DNA of 54,490 nucleotides from an uncultured Bacilli bacterium (GTDB taxonomy: Bacteria > Bacillota_I > Bacilli_A > RF39 > UBA660), in assembly GCA_944358435.1 (NCBI GenBank), contig CALVRD010000002.1, positions 1-54,490 of the forward strand, written 5' to 3'. The notes beneath the pieces are model-generated. The model did not search any database. It saw nothing but the letters and a program-made list of their open reading frames with translations, and had not been told where the DNA came from. Both the position numbers and the translations under genes were made by a program. This document shows, one piece after another, positions 54,446 to 54,490 of the stretch. The first letter of the stretch is position 1. The number at the start of each line of letters is the position of its first letter.

Positions 54446-54490
54446 TTATGAGTTTTTTAACTCAGCAATTGTTGAATCATTGACATCATA
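54446..54490 (-). CDS. Last 14 codons of an unidentified minus-strand gene (5' part lies outside the window)
   Basis: The reverse translation is ...YDVNDSTIAELKNS* and is followed by the terminator above. It is too short to identify. Confidence 0.3.
   Translation of the reverse strand, partial: YDVNDSTIAELKNS

Overview
This is a very AT-rich chromosomal segment (roughly 25-30% GC by eye) from a low-GC Gram-positive bacterium. The Bacillota assignment rests on the L27 propeptide plus Prp protease, AddAB, LtaS, LCP, PASTA and sortase genes. The standard genetic code applies, with TGA used as a stop. There are about 45 genes, and all but three are on the minus strand. I recognised no rRNA, tRNA, CRISPR array, transposase or integrase.

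Layout:
- (1) 1-20.2 kb is a cell-envelope block. It holds genes for a UDP-2-acetamido-2,6-dideoxy-L-hexose, a TagGH-type ABC exporter, a GtrB-like/GT-C pair, two GT2 transferases and an O-antigen-ligase-like::GT4 fusion. It also holds a kinase-less six-PASTA membrane protein, a 1168-aa GH73 autolysin and an LCP ligase with a C-terminal PASTA domain.
- (2) 20.3-21.4 kb is rplU-prp-rpmA with a structured leader.
- (3) 21.4-29.9 kb is the most unusual part. One promoter-to-terminator unit carries three full-length RpoD-like sigma-70 paralogs in tandem plus a decayed fourth copy. All have non-canonical extensions after region 4. Next to it is a separately promoted, translationally coupled two-gene operon of unknown function (330 aa and 620 aa).
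- (4) 30-51 kb is a housekeeping backbone: addBA, ltaS, a yihY-like gene, a degenerate GGDEF receptor, gatCAB, ligA and pcrA. Small membrane-anchored unknowns are interspersed.
- (5) 52-54.4 kb holds a TQxA/thioester-type adhesin with a non-LPXTG sorting signal and a dedicated sortase.

My best candidate for an undescribed system is the sigma-factor array together with its neighbouring two-gene operon. All functional calls come from motif reading by eye, and no database search was run.
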